Notes: generated by a model not told the origin, from the sequence alone. A stretch of 64,000 bases of DNA from an uncultured Aliarcobacter sp. (GCA_963664305.2 CAXXLV010000002.1:768001-832000), one strand, 5' to 3'; positions 31,036-41,688 are shown, counted from the stretch's first letter. Numbers and translations are program-made.

Positions 31036-31287
31036 TCAACTTCTATACAAATGCAATCCACAATGATTACAAATATGAATTCTATAAAAACTATCAGGAC
31101 CATATTCTCCCCAGTTTCTAATTGACTTTGAACCACAGTTAACACATTTAATTCCACTTCCTGTTTTACATTGAGGATTATCTTTTAAATATTCATCTAA
31201 AGTTGGCATATCAAGATGTGAACGATGTATTTTAGAAATAAAAAATAGTATTCCTATTATTACAATAAACATGAAAAAATTATCCAT
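31036..31287 (-). CDS. membrane-anchored zinc-ribbon protein
   Basis: N-terminal TM; CVNCGS and CNHCG. Confidence 0.7.
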   Translation of the reverse strand: MDNFFMFIVIIGILFFISKIHRSHLDMPTLDEYLKDNPQCKTGSGIKCVNCGSKSIRNWGEYGPDSFYRIHICNHCGLHLYRS

Positions 31288-31520
31288 TTAAAATCCTTTC
31301 TAATCTAGTTATATTATCTATATTAGATAATATTTTATTAATTATAATCTAATATAAATATATTTGTCAATACCAAATAAACTATTTTAGATAAATAATT
31401 AATATTTAATTACTATTTTAGATATATTAGTAAGAATATAGAATTTAAATGAAAAGCTTATCTAATATAGATATCCTATGTTATAATTATAATTAATATA
31501 AGACTAATAGGTATTTTTAA

Positions 31521-31760
31521 ATGACAAAAGAAGAATTTAATACAAGATTAAAAGAATTAAATATATCAATAAAAGATTTTTCACAAATAGCAGATATTCC
31601 ATATTCAACAATCAACAATTGGGGTTTTACAAAAGATGAAAAAACAATACCTGTTCCAAAATGGGTAACTCCATTTTTAGAGCATTATGAAAAATCAAAA
31701 AAATATGATTATTTAATAAGTGAAGTATCTAAAGCTGTAAAAACTTTAGAAAAAAAATAA
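31521..31760 (+). CDS. small HTH regulator
   Basis: ISIKDFSQIADIPYSTINNWG...VPKWV. Confidence 0.75.
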   Translation: MTKEEFNTRLKELNISIKDFSQIADIPYSTINNWGFTKDEKTIPVPKWVTPFLEHYEKSKKYDYLISEVSKAVKTLEKK

Positions 31761-31791
31761 ATATAATAAATTTAAATAAAAAGGATAATTT

Positions 31792-31890
31792 ATGTCAACA
31801 ACTTTAATTGCAAGTTTTATTTTAGCTTTTCCTTTAATTTTTGGACTAATAGGAATTGCTATATTTTCAGCTAAGAAAAAAGAGAATTAA
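31792..31890 (+). CDS. 32-aa single-TM peptide
   Basis: AAGGA RBS; MSTTLIASFILAFPLIFGLIGIAIFSAKKKEN*. Confidence 0.55.
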   Translation: MSTTLIASFILAFPLIFGLIGIAIFSAKKKEN

Positions 31891-32357
31891 TAAAATTTTA
31901 AATTATTTGGAAAAATAGAGATAAAGGTATGTTATTTTTAACACTATTCTAAATGGTTAATTTTTTAAATTCATTTTTACAAGACTATTATAAGTCTTAT
32001 TAATTGAAAATCCTCTAGAAGTTTATATTAAAGATTAGGAAACACAAAATTTAATAAATATTCATCTTTCTAAATTATGAGTTAATAATTAGTGAAAATA
32101 AAGCATAGATATTTTCCTTATTTTCTAAGAAATTTTTTCAGTTTCCATTTTCTTTAATAAATTCAAAAAGTTGTTTATAATCATTAGCTCTTTTACTTTG
32201 AATATGTTTCCAAGTATTTAATTAGAATTACTAATAATTATTTATTAATAATCAAAAAACATCTGAAATATTTAAGTTATTAAATTATTTAAATAAAATT
32301 TAATAAAGAATAACTATACTTCTAAAAATTATAAATATTTAAATAGGAGGAAATATT

Positions 32358-33542
32358 TTGAAGTTTTTACTAAAGATATGTTTTATCAATTCTTTGATAA
32401 TTTTACTTTTAATTGGTTGTGCTGGTAGTTTAAAAGATGTTGGACCTATAAATGTAGGGAATTCAAATTTAACTAATGATGAACAAGGTGAACTATTAAG
32501 TGAAATGATGATTGAAAATTATGGATTTGATATCCCACATAAATATACTTATTATAATTGTCCAGGGAAAAGAAGTTGTGATGTAAAGTTAGCTATGAAT
32601 TTTGACATAAAAAATAATGAGTTGATTACAAAAGATGTAAGTTATTGTAGTTTACCTGATGTAAAAAAAGCTTCTGAGTGCTTAACTGGAGATAATTATT
32701 CTGATTATGTAAAATTTTTTAATAAAAAAATGGAAATAAAAAAGAACTTAGCTAAAAAATTTCCTGAATATCAAAATGAATATTCAAATGTAAAAATGAA
32801 AATAACTAATTGGTTAAATAATGCAAAAAACAAAGATTGTAAATTTGCTTTTAAATATCAAATACCTTTAAATGATGAAATTTTAAATAATATGATTAAA
32901 ACGGTTCAGTGTTTAAAAAATGAAGAAATAGAAAATTCATCTCCAATAAAAATTTTTATGGAATATAAACAATCGCTTAAGAATTTAGATGATTTCCTAA
33001 ATAATTATTCAATTGCTAGAAGTAATTATTCTAAAAAGCTAGAGTATGGGCATTATCAATTAGTAGGAGAATTGTCTAATAATAATTATATTGAATTAAC
33101 AAGTAGAGATTTGGATAAAATAATTTTATTAGAACAAAAAGTGCTTGGATATAATTTAACACCTATAGAATTTATTATCAAGGATAAAAATATCATTGCA
33201 AAATTTTTCCGTGGACATGAATCTTTTCGAGTAGAAATAACTAATTTAACAAATGATATTATTGATATTGATTCCTTAGCATATTATCATGATAGTATGG
33301 TGTATGATGATTTTTCTCTTTACACTAATAAATCTGTACCTCCACATTCAACTAAAAATGTAGGAACTATTAAAATTTATGAGTTTGAACATTATCATTT
33401 TTTTATTAAATCAATGGAACATGAAGAAATGTTTGGAGGTGCCATAGGTTATACTACTAAAAATATTAAAAATACATTGTATAAAAAAGAAAAAATAAAA
33501 ATTGGTGATTATGAAAAAAATGCTATAGAATTTGCTAAATAA
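32358..33542 (+). CDS. lipoprotein of unknown function
   Basis: AGGAGG RBS, TTG start, lipobox LIGC. Confidence 0.7.
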   Translation: MKFLLKICFINSLIILLLIGCAGSLKDVGPINVGNSNLTNDEQGELLSEMMIENYGFDIPHKYTYYNCPGKRSCDVKLAMNFDIKNNELITKDVSYCSLPDVKKASECLTGDNYSDYVKFFNKKMEIKKNLAKKFPEYQNEYSNVKMKITNWLNNAKNKDCKFAFKYQIPLNDEILNNMIKTVQCLKNEEIENSSPIKIFMEYKQSLKNLDDFLNNYSIARSNYSKKLEYGHYQLVGELSNNNYIELTSRDLDKIILLEQKVLGYNLTPIEFIIKDKNIIAKFFRGHESFRVEITNLTNDIIDIDSLAYYHDSMVYDDFSLYTNKSVPPHSTKNVGTIKIYEFEHYHFFIKSMEHEEMFGGAIGYTTKNIKNTLYKKEKIKIGDYEKNAIEFAK

Positions 33543-33847
33543 TATAAAGTAAACTTAGTTGTTAAAAATTTTTCAAAAAAGATATATAGAGAAAACTACT
33601 TCTCTATATACTTAAAATAATAGATTACTTTTTATATTTTTAATATATACCAAAATTAATTACAGTTTCTATCTTTAAATCTTGAACTTTTCTTTTTATA
33701 TCTCAAATTAATATTTTTATCTTAAAACATATTCTTAAGAGATATTCTGATTTGTTAGCATTCCACAACTTCCACAGTCAACAATGAGTCTTAAGTTCAA
33801 TTACTTCTCTTTGAATAAAATGGTCTTCTGCTTCTTCGTTGTTATCT

Positions 33848-34768
33848 TCATTGAATTAAATAATGTTGTGTAATAGAAGCACGATTATGCTTCATTTCAT
33901 AACTTACTTCTTGCAAACACTCTTCGTATGAATATCCAACTTTGCCATATTCAAACATTCTTCTTTTTGCAAAGTTCCATCTAAGACCATGTGATGCTTC
34001 TGGATTCTCATTTGAAAGAAAGCTAGCTTGTTTTAAATCATTATAGTAAGCTTGTCTATTTATTTTAAATACTTTAAATTCTTCTAGATAATTTTCTAAT
34101 TTTTTATATGTATCTAGACTAATTAAAACATCACCCACTTTTCCACCTTTTTCTTTTGTAACAAGTATTCCAACTTCTTTTTGTGTAATAGAATCAATTT
34201 TTCTTCCTTTTAGTTGTTCATATCTTATTAAAGCTATTCCTTCAATTCTTGCTCCTCCTTCAAGTTGAATAGAAGCAGCTAATTGATGTAAAGAATCTTT
34301 TAAATTAGAGATTAAAAGTTCAGGATTTGAATAAGTTCTATTGTGGTAATTATTAGCAACTAGTTTTAAATCTCTTGCATTATCTAAAATAGTTTGTCTA
34401 ATTGAGAAATCATACTCTTTTTCATGTTTACTAATATTTTTAGAAAAAAGTTTTAGAGCAATTTCTAGTTTACCAAGAGATGCAGATATTTTTTCTAAAT
34501 ATTGTTTTGAGGGATAATATTCTACTTTGTATTCCATATATGCTTGTACATGTTCAGATTCAATTTTTTCAAAATCTTTTATGTTCCAATGTTCTAAAAG
34601 ATAGTTAAAAAAATTGTTCCAAATATTTCTATATGATTCCATTGTTTTGAAACTAGCAACTTTTTGATAGTGCTCATGATTTGGATTTATTCTATCTTCT
34701 TTTTTAGCACCAGATTCAAAGATTTGTTTTACTAATTGACTAGATTGATAATATACACTTCCACGCAT
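33848..34768 (-). CDS. tyrosine recombinase-like protein
   Basis: GGARIEG, KGGK, HGLRWNFA and MKHNRASITQHY. Confidence 0.82.
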   Translation of the reverse strand: MRGSVYYQSSQLVKQIFESGAKKEDRINPNHEHYQKVASFKTMESYRNIWNNFFNYLLEHWNIKDFEKIESEHVQAYMEYKVEYYPSKQYLEKISASLGKLEIALKLFSKNISKHEKEYDFSIRQTILDNARDLKLVANNYHNRTYSNPELLISNLKDSLHQLAASIQLEGGARIEGIALIRYEQLKGRKIDSITQKEVGILVTKEKGGKVGDVLISLDTYKKLENYLEEFKVFKINRQAYYNDLKQASFLSNENPEASHGLRWNFAKRRMFEYGKVGYSYEECLQEVSYEMKHNRASITQHYLIQ

Positions 34769-34780
34769 ATTTTAATACTT

Positions 34781-35533
34781 TTACAGATTTGAATAAATTT
34801 CATTTTCAATTAAAATATATTCATTCTCTGATAATTCATAGTTTATATCATAAGATGCACATATATTTTCTAATAAATTTTTTAAATAAACAATTGTATT
34901 TTTTGCTAAAAAATCATATTTAATATTTGGATTCATCTGTTTTATTTCATGTAAATATAACTCTTTTAATTCTTCTGAATTTGAAATATTTACAAGAGTG
35001 TTATTTAAAGCAATGATTTTTTCTTTTTTTAAAATCATTTTTGAAAATATTACTGGGTCTTCATGGATTGCAATAGCTATATCAAACAAATCTCTAGAGT
35101 TTCCAATATCTCCTCTATAATAAATTTTTTTAGCAATAATTTCTTCAATAGTATCAATTTGTATATCTTTATTCCATATATTAACTTTACAAAATGGTTC
35201 TTTTGATTTTTTCACTACATCAAAAAATTGAATTTTTGAGTCTTTATCGATAACAATTTCAGTATAAATATCGTTATGCCTAAAATTACCAGTAAAACCA
35301 ATAGAACCCATTTTAGATTTAATATTTTCACTCCAATTTGATGGTTTTAGCAAATGAGTTTTATTTTCATTTCCATAAATAAAAATATCAATATCAGTTG
35401 AATATCTATGATTCCAATAATATCCTGCTAATACAGTTCCACCACCTAAGCTTGAAATTTCTAATAGATTATTTTCTTTTAATAGTTCTAATGTAACATC
35501 TAGCATAGCTTTTTGTTTTGAAAAATCATACAT
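34781..35533 (-). CDS. AbiEii-family nucleotidyltransferase toxin
   Basis: GGGT...HRYSTDIDIF, IIAKK and RDLFD. Confidence 0.85.
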   Translation of the reverse strand: MYDFSKQKAMLDVTLELLKENNLLEISSLGGGTVLAGYYWNHRYSTDIDIFIYGNENKTHLLKPSNWSENIKSKMGSIGFTGNFRHNDIYTEIVIDKDSKIQFFDVVKKSKEPFCKVNIWNKDIQIDTIEEIIAKKIYYRGDIGNSRDLFDIAIAIHEDPVIFSKMILKKEKIIALNNTLVNISNSEELKELYLHEIKQMNPNIKYDFLAKNTIVYLKNLLENICASYDINYELSENEYILIENEIYSNL

Positions 35534-36044
35534 TTAAACTCTTTTTATTTAAAATATTTTGTAAAGCTGATGGAATAGATTTATTTAAATTATTTGTATT
35601 TGATTCAAAGTGTTTTAATCTAAATCTTTTATCCCATTTTTTTGCAATACCATCAATAGTTCTAAATGGACTTGTTATATAAATATTTTTAATATTACGT
35701 TTTGAAAGAGTGAATGTTGAAATAAAATCTTCTAATTCATCAATTTCTATTTCTTTAAAAAATTTCGAGTAAATAGTTTGTTCTTTAATATTTCCATCAT
35801 GATAATCTTGTTTTGAGAAAGCTTTTTTTATATCTTCATAAGTAAACTTTTCATTTTCAATATTTCTATTTAGAATATGAAAAAATCTATGATTTTCTTT
35901 TTTATTTAATATTTTTTCTACAAAATCAATTTCAAGATTTGATAATAATTCATAAAGTTTATTTCTATTACTACTTTCTTGTTTCCAATCATTTAATGTT
36001 GCAAATGGAATATCTAAATATTTACTAATTTCTATTTGTGTCAT
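35526..36044 (-). CDS. HTH protein, putative antitoxin partner of AbiEii
   Basis: MTQIEISKYLDIPFATLNDWK HTH; overlaps the toxin start. Confidence 0.65.
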   Translation of the reverse strand: MTQIEISKYLDIPFATLNDWKQESSNRNKLYELLSNLEIDFVEKILNKKENHRFFHILNRNIENEKFTYEDIKKAFSKQDYHDGNIKEQTIYSKFFKEIEIDELEDFISTFTLSKRNIKNIYITSPFRTIDGIAKKWDKRFRLKHFESNTNNLNKSIPSALQNILNKKSLNV

Positions 36045-36485
36045 TGCAACTCCTTTTTATTTACATTATATATGATAATCGTAATAATGTCAATTAATTT
36101 AGATTTATTATTTTGATAGTTTTAGCCTCTATCTTAGGCAAAATTTGTTAAGTCATTCTGCATTTAATTTATAACTTTTGCATTTAAGTTACTCATTTTT
36201 TGTTTTTAGATATCAAAAAAATCTCTTAAGATTTACACAAAAAATAAGAATACAAAGATTTAGTCTTTGTTAATTGTTAGTTCAAAATTAAAAACTTGTG
36301 AAAATATAACATAGATTTTTGTTTAATTTTTCAAAGAAATTTTTTTATATGGTTTCAAAAATTTTTTCAGTTTCCATTTTTTTAAGGAAAGCCTTTTAGA
36401 AACTAGTAAATAAAGGATTATTATAGTTGTTTACAAATTATGAATAAACATAAAAATAAACAATTTTTAAACATTGAATTAAATA

Positions 36486-37040
36486 TTAATTTCTATTCAA
36501 ACTATCAATTAAAGTACTTCTTTTAACTCCAAATGTTTTACAAACAGCAGCTTTACTCATTCCATCTTCTAAAGCTTTTTTAATAGCAATCATTTTTTCA
36601 TCATCAATGGCTCTAGGACGTCCTCCTCTAATACCTCTTAGTTTTGCAGATTCAAGTCCAGCTTTTACTCTTTCTTGAATTAGACTTCTTTCAAATTGAG
36701 CTAATGCTCCAAAGATATGAAAGAATAATTCACCAGATGCTGTTGTTGTATCCATACCTTCTGTAATAGATACAAAAGAAATATTTCTATTTTTTAAATC
36801 TGTAATAATATTTATTAAATGAGCTAAACTTCTTCCAAGTCTATCTAGTTTCCAAACAACTAAAGTATCACCATCTTTTAAAAACTCTATTGCTTTATCA
36901 AGCCCTACTCTTTTATCTTTTGCACCAGATGTTTTATCTGAAAATATATTTCTTTCATCTACTCCATATTTTATTAATGCATCTTTTTGTAAATTTAGAT
37001 TTTGTTCATCAGTTGAAACTCTAACGTAACCTATTAACAT
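36486..37040 (-). CDS. serine resolvase/invertase
   Basis: GYVRVST, KLDRLGRS, GGRP and a C-terminal HTH. Confidence 0.95.
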   Translation of the reverse strand: MLIGYVRVSTDEQNLNLQKDALIKYGVDERNIFSDKTSGAKDKRVGLDKAIEFLKDGDTLVVWKLDRLGRSLAHLINIITDLKNRNISFVSITEGMDTTTASGELFFHIFGALAQFERSLIQERVKAGLESAKLRGIRGGRPRAIDDEKMIAIKKALEDGMSKAAVCKTFGVKRSTLIDSLNRN

Positions 37041-37362
37041 ACGGAAAACCTCTTAGATAAAATTTCCGTATTATATCACAATCCGATAGTATTTATCGTA
37101 TATTTATTTTATGGTATCTTGTGCTTTTTCTATGCTTTTTTGATTTAAAGCTAGGGTGTCGGAAAACAGATGTTATAAATAATTTCTTTTTGGAATGCAA
37201 AATAAGAATAAATTTTATAGATTTAAATATTTGAAATATCATATTTTTTATGAATTTTTACCAATTATGTAGTTCATTTAAAAGGGATATTTATTTCTGA
37301 GTATGTTTTAGGGTTGACAGATCATTCGTGCCAGTCAACTTTTTTCTAGACTCAATTTTTAC

Positions 37363-37800
37363 CTATTTCACTTTTAGATAATCATATTTATTTGGATTAT
37401 TCAACAAATTTGGATTAATTTCTTTTGTGTAACTTTGAGGTTCTTTTTTTGGGAAACCTCCATTAATGTCTTTAATTATGAGGTATGTTAAGCCCATACT
37501 AGAAATAATCATTCCAAATAAAAATAGAATAAGAATAAAAACACTTCTATTACTATTAAAAAAAATTTTGTATTTAATTTCAACATAAACATGTAATATT
37601 CGTCCTAAAGGAATTGATAATCCAATTAACATAAAATGTGAATATGATACATTATAATTGAATATAAAATAAAAAATACTATAATTCAAGATTATAAATG
37701 GAATAATACATAAGAATAATGCATACCAACTTTTAAGATTTGTATCACTATATTTTATGATTAATTTTTCATACCACTTCCATAATTTACTTAGACTCAT
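37363..37800 (-). CDS. membrane protein
   Basis: Three hydrophobic segments. Confidence 0.55.
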   Translation of the reverse strand: MSLSKLWKWYEKLIIKYSDTNLKSWYALFLCIIPFIILNYSIFYFIFNYNVSYSHFMLIGLSIPLGRILHVYVEIKYKIFFNSNRSVFILILFLFGMIISSMGLTYLIIKDINGGFPKKEPQSYTKEINPNLLNNPNKYDYLKVK

Positions 37801-38051
37801 ATTTTATATCCCCTATTTTTATAAGATTTAAATTTAATCCACTATTCTCTATTGTCCATATCGGTCTAGGTTTTATAATATTATTTCGATTAAATATTTT
37901 TATATCTTTTATATTATTATTTTCATAAGATGGTAAATCATTTGATATATTTACTATTTCATTACTATTTGCACTATCTCTTTGTATCTCCAATATTTTT
38001 GCATTTGTATTAAATGTATTTATACTTTGCATTCCTATTTTTTACATTTTT

Positions 38052-38582
38052 CTATATAACTTGAAACTCTATATTTTCTTCCTCTAAAAAATCTTCTGGA
38101 AAAGCATTTGTTTGAATCTCATTTTTAACTAACTTTTCTAAAAAAGTACTCATATTCATCTCAAAAACATCTTCTTTATTGTAATCATTATCATATATCC
38201 CTACTTTCCAATTATTTGGATTTTTATTTTTTTCATAAATCCAAAACAAGTAGTCTCCATTATCAGTAGCCCCCCAAATAATTAGTGAATGGTTCTCAGG
38301 AAAAGGAGGTCTAAGATAATTTTCAGGAAAATCTTTTTTTAATTCATTATAAGCCAAATAAAAGAACTTCATATCATCTAAAAGATTCCCATTTTTTGAG
38401 AATGGATTTAAAACCCATAAAAAATTTCCTATACGACCCATTCCATATCTCATAATAAATTCTTTATAATCAGCAGGAAGTGTTGTACCCATTTTTTCTT
38501 CTACATTTTCCCACTCTTTTGGGTCTCCAGTTTCAACAGGATTCATTGGTGGTTTCATTACTTTTATCAAATTTTCTATCAT
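38052..38582 (-). CDS. SMI1/KNR4 (SUKH) immunity protein
   Basis: WENVEEKMGTTLPADYKEFI...YG and WGATDNGD. Confidence 0.88.
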   Translation of the reverse strand: MIENLIKVMKPPMNPVETGDPKEWENVEEKMGTTLPADYKEFIMRYGMGRIGNFLWVLNPFSKNGNLLDDMKFFYLAYNELKKDFPENYLRPPFPENHSLIIWGATDNGDYLFWIYEKNKNPNNWKVGIYDNDYNKEDVFEMNMSTFLEKLVKNEIQTNAFPEDFLEEENIEFQVI

Positions 38583-38830
38583 TATTTTTTTCCATTTACA
38601 TTTGGTATAGATACATCTAATTTAAAGCCATTGGAACCTGTTGCGCTCATGGTACCTGTTGGCATTGGATTATTGTCAATATATATTGGAACAACTCTAT
38701 AGTTTACTGTTTCTCCATTTTTTACTGCTTGTTGTACTTTAGTTTCAAATGAACGCATTGTTGCTGTATTTACACTTTGTTGATATAAAGTAACAAGGTT
38801 TTTATTATCATTTCCAGAACCACCAAGCCG
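38582..38830 (-). pseudogene. orphan DNA/RNA non-specific endonuclease toxin C-terminal fragment
   Basis: Minus strand reads RLGGSGNDNKNLVTLYQQSVNTATMRSFETKVQQAVKNGETVNYRVVPIY...NGKK*; its stop overlaps the SMI1 start (TAATG). Confidence 0.75.
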
Positions 38831-38849
38831 GTATTTTTAATATGATAAT

Positions 38850-39338
38850 CTACTCCTCTGTATACTCATATAAAGAATCCATAAATTCTTCAAAGTTATT
38901 GCCTAAAAATGAAATTATTAAATTACCATTTTCATCATCTGCATCATGATGAACCAGTACAATTTTTGGATTATCACTTTTTAAATCATCTCTATAATCA
39001 AAGCATATGTAATCTCCATTTGGTGTCCCTCCAAATGGAATGATTCCTTCTTGAAAATCTTCGTTATCCATTAAAAAGTACACCATAGAACTACTACTAT
39101 CATCTAATTCATACTTATTATTTTCTTTAAAAAAATAAAAATAAATAAAATTACCTTCATTTTTTTGAATAACTTCATCATAATAATCAAATGCACTTTT
39201 TTTAAATCTTAATCCATTATGTTTAGATAATAACTCTTTATATTCTAATGGAAAATTATAATTTACAAGTTTTTCATATTCTTCAATAATTTGACTTCTA
39301 AGTTTTCCACTTTCTCTATAAATTTTTAAATCTTGCAT
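38850..39338 (-). CDS. SMI1/KNR4 (SUKH) immunity protein
   Basis: IEEYEKLVNYNFPLEYKELLSKHNG and IPFGGTPNGDYICFDY. Confidence 0.9.
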   Translation of the reverse strand: MQDLKIYRESGKLRSQIIEEYEKLVNYNFPLEYKELLSKHNGLRFKKSAFDYYDEVIQKNEGNFIYFYFFKENNKYELDDSSSSMVYFLMDNEDFQEGIIPFGGTPNGDYICFDYRDDLKSDNPKIVLVHHDADDENGNLIISFLGNNFEEFMDSLYEYTEE

Positions 39339-39339
39339 T

Positions 39340-39480
39340 TTAATTTCCTTTCTTCATTGTATTTTCACCTATATGAAGAGTATTTTTATGTACTTGTTCT
39401 GGAACTAACTGCATATTATTACTATCTGCATTATGATGCCAAGTATACCCCTCAATTTTATAATCACCAGCGGCTGTCAT
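39340..39480 (-). pseudogene. orphan WHH-type HNH nuclease toxin tip
   Basis: MTAAGDYKIEGYTWHHNADSNNMQLVPEQVHKNTLHIGENTMKKGN*. Confidence 0.8.
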
Positions 39481-39844
39481 ACGAACAACATATTTTATTT
39501 AACAAAGCTCCAAAATAAAGAATTTCTTATAACTTTATTACCAATTTTTAAACTTCGTTTGACAGGCATCACCCAGTTTCTCTTTTTATGTTGTTTTATC
39601 ATAATAAATAAAAAAGTGCCTATTCCCTTTACTTAATTGGAAATTTACTACAATTATCCATTATCCATTCTTGAAATTTATTATCTATTCCATCTTCATC
39701 TGGTGTTGCACTTATAAGTTTTGTTTTTTGTCCTGTTTCTTCATTAACTGCCGTAAGTTCAAAATTTATTCGCTCTCCTATTTCTATATTTTCTCCTTCT
39801 TCTAATCGTTTAAAAAAGTATAGAAAAGCAGTTGATACACTATC

Positions 39845-40069
39845 TTATATTATTCGTTTTATTAAGTTAATATTCTCTTCATCCATTTGAGAAATTTTTA
39901 ATAAATCATCATATTGTTGCTTATCCCATTTTTTTAATGCCTGAAATGGCTTATCATTATTCTTAGCACCTAGTATTTCTTTATCGAAAATCCATACTCC
40001 TCCATCAATTTCAATTTTTAGAACTCGTTGAAAAAACTCTATAACTTCCTCATATGATCTTTCCTTCAT
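39845..40069 (-). CDS. hypothetical protein or fragment
   Basis: 74-aa ORF; a further open fragment follows in another frame down to about 39630. Confidence 0.4.
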   Translation of the reverse strand: MKERSYEEVIEFFQRVLKIEIDGGVWIFDKEILGAKNNDKPFQALKKWDKQQYDDLLKISQMDEENINLIKRII

Positions 40070-40220
40070 ATTACCTATTCTCCTTTTTTAAATCCATACT
40101 TTTGTTTATTTAACTATTAATTTAAATTTTTATATAGCCCTTAAAAGTTTGTTTTCATAGGTTATAAATGACTAATTTTCTTTTTCATTTAACACCATTA
40201 ATCAACCCCAATTATTTTAA

Positions 40221-40301
40221 TCAAAAAATCAAATATAATAAAACAAATGCTAAAAGTATGAAAAAAAGCCAATCAATTGTTTCAAATTTAGTTAAATTCA
40301 T
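40221..40301 (-). CDS. 26-aa hydrophobic peptide, copy 1
   Basis: MNLTKFETIDWLFFILLAFVLLYLIF*; near-identical copy at 60312-60392. Confidence 0.55.
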   Translation of the reverse strand: MNLTKFETIDWLFFILLAFVLLYLIF

Positions 40302-40483
40302 ATTTAACCTTATTATATTTTTTAATAAAATTAAATATTATCAGATAAAATACTCACAAATTACTTTTTTTATCGCTCTTCAAATAAAAAGTTTTATATA
40401 TCAATAAAAAAAGTCATTTATGAGTAAATTATTCATTATAATTTTTTAAAAAAAATTTCAATTTAAATGAGAAAATAAATTAT

Positions 40484-41035
40484 ATGAAGTTTGATAAAAA
40501 AAATATTATTTCAATTACTCTTTCAATAATATTTGTAATAGTTTTATTTTGGAGTATGTTTAGTAAAATAATTATAAATGAAGAATTATTCATATATGGG
40601 TGGAATAATTTTTTAGCAGTAATTCTAACAATATTAGCTCTAATATTTTTTAGATATAAATATAAAACTGATGAAAAATTTATAGAGCGTTTAAAAAACC
40701 AAAATCAATCTATTTTAAAAGTATATATTGCCATATTAATTGGTATACCATTGTTCACTAAAATGTTAACAGAAAAAGTATTGTTTACAATTTTACATAA
40801 TATATATAATCAACCTTCAGAAAAAACAGTATTTATTGATAAAGCAATTTCACAAAAACATTGTCGTCATGGAATAAAACTAATTGGTTACAAAAACTTA
40901 GGTAATGGTAAGATATGTGGTATTCCTCAAAATATACTTGATAAATTAAAACATAATCAGAAAATTACATTATATGGTGAAGAATCAATCTTTGGATTTA
41001 TTCCAGAAAGCTTTAGTTATGAAGATGATAAATAA
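40484..41035 (+). CDS. 3-TM membrane protein
   Basis: Three hydrophobic segments plus a soluble C-terminal domain. Confidence 0.65.
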   Translation: MKFDKKNIISITLSIIFVIVLFWSMFSKIIINEELFIYGWNNFLAVILTILALIFFRYKYKTDEKFIERLKNQNQSILKVYIAILIGIPLFTKMLTEKVLFTILHNIYNQPSEKTVFIDKAISQKHCRHGIKLIGYKNLGNGKICGIPQNILDKLKHNQKITLYGEESIFGFIPESFSYEDDK

Positions 41036-41323
41036 TGTTTTTAATTTTTATCAAATTTAAAAATGAAAATAATTTAAAATATTATTGTTATTACCAGCTC
41101 TCTCTTTTAAAGTTGAAAATATAAGGGGAAATATCTTATTTTAGCTCAAACTCATCTGTACCTATTTTTCGTATGTTGTTAAAGAAGCCACTTACTGCTT
41201 CATTGGTACACTCTCCACCTATATTGAATCCTTCTGAAATATTATAATTATCATACGAACAGCATATTTTATTTAACAAAGCTCCAAAATAAAGAATTTC
41301 TTATAATTTTAATGCCAATTCTT

Positions 41324-41433
41324 AGACTTCGTTTGACAAGTCCAAATGAATTTGAGAAAAGTACAGTGAAAGTATTAATAAGTCTAAGGTATTAACTGAA
41401 TAAAAATCTGTCTACATTCTAGGGGTCATTCCA
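41324..41433 (-). repeat. 110-bp IS-end remnant, inverted copy of 52822-52931
   Basis: Ends ...CTGTCTACATTCTAGGGGTCATTCCA; the reverse complement closely matches TGGAATGACCCGGAGAAGGTAGACAG... at 52822. Confidence 0.75.
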
Positions 41434-41538
41434 AACAAGAAATAAGACACAAAATTTTGAACAGCTTTATCCAAAGCTACAGGTTGTTGAACTTGTTTTT
41501 ATAACTCATATTTTGTCTTATTTAGTATGGACAGATCA
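41434..41538 (+). mobile_element. IS3-like miniature element copy A (left end truncated)
   Basis: AACAAGAAATAAGACACAAAATT...TACAGGTTGTTGAAC...GTCTTATTTAGTATGGACAGATCA. Confidence 0.65.
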
Positions 41539-41688
41539 GCCTATAGTTTTACCTGCTATACCACCAAATTGTTCTGATATTTCACCAACAAACCCTAAAT
41601 ATCCACCAAATGATGATAATGCGATGTCACTTGATTTATTTTCTGAAACTGTAACCTCATAATCTTCAATTTTAATTAATCCACTCAT
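41539..41688 (-). pseudogene. truncated N-terminus of a Gly-rich putative toxin
   Basis: AAGGAG RBS; MSGLIKIEDYEVTVSENKSSDIALSSFGGYLGFVGEISEQFGGIAGKTIG, cut exactly at element A. Confidence 0.5.

Noticed and set aside
39478..39567. Functional RNA in the segment repeated at about 41251-41340
   Set aside because: It ends in the ACTTCGTTTGACA motif also seen at 58254 and inverted near 52920, so an IS-end remnant is the simpler reading; family not assignable.
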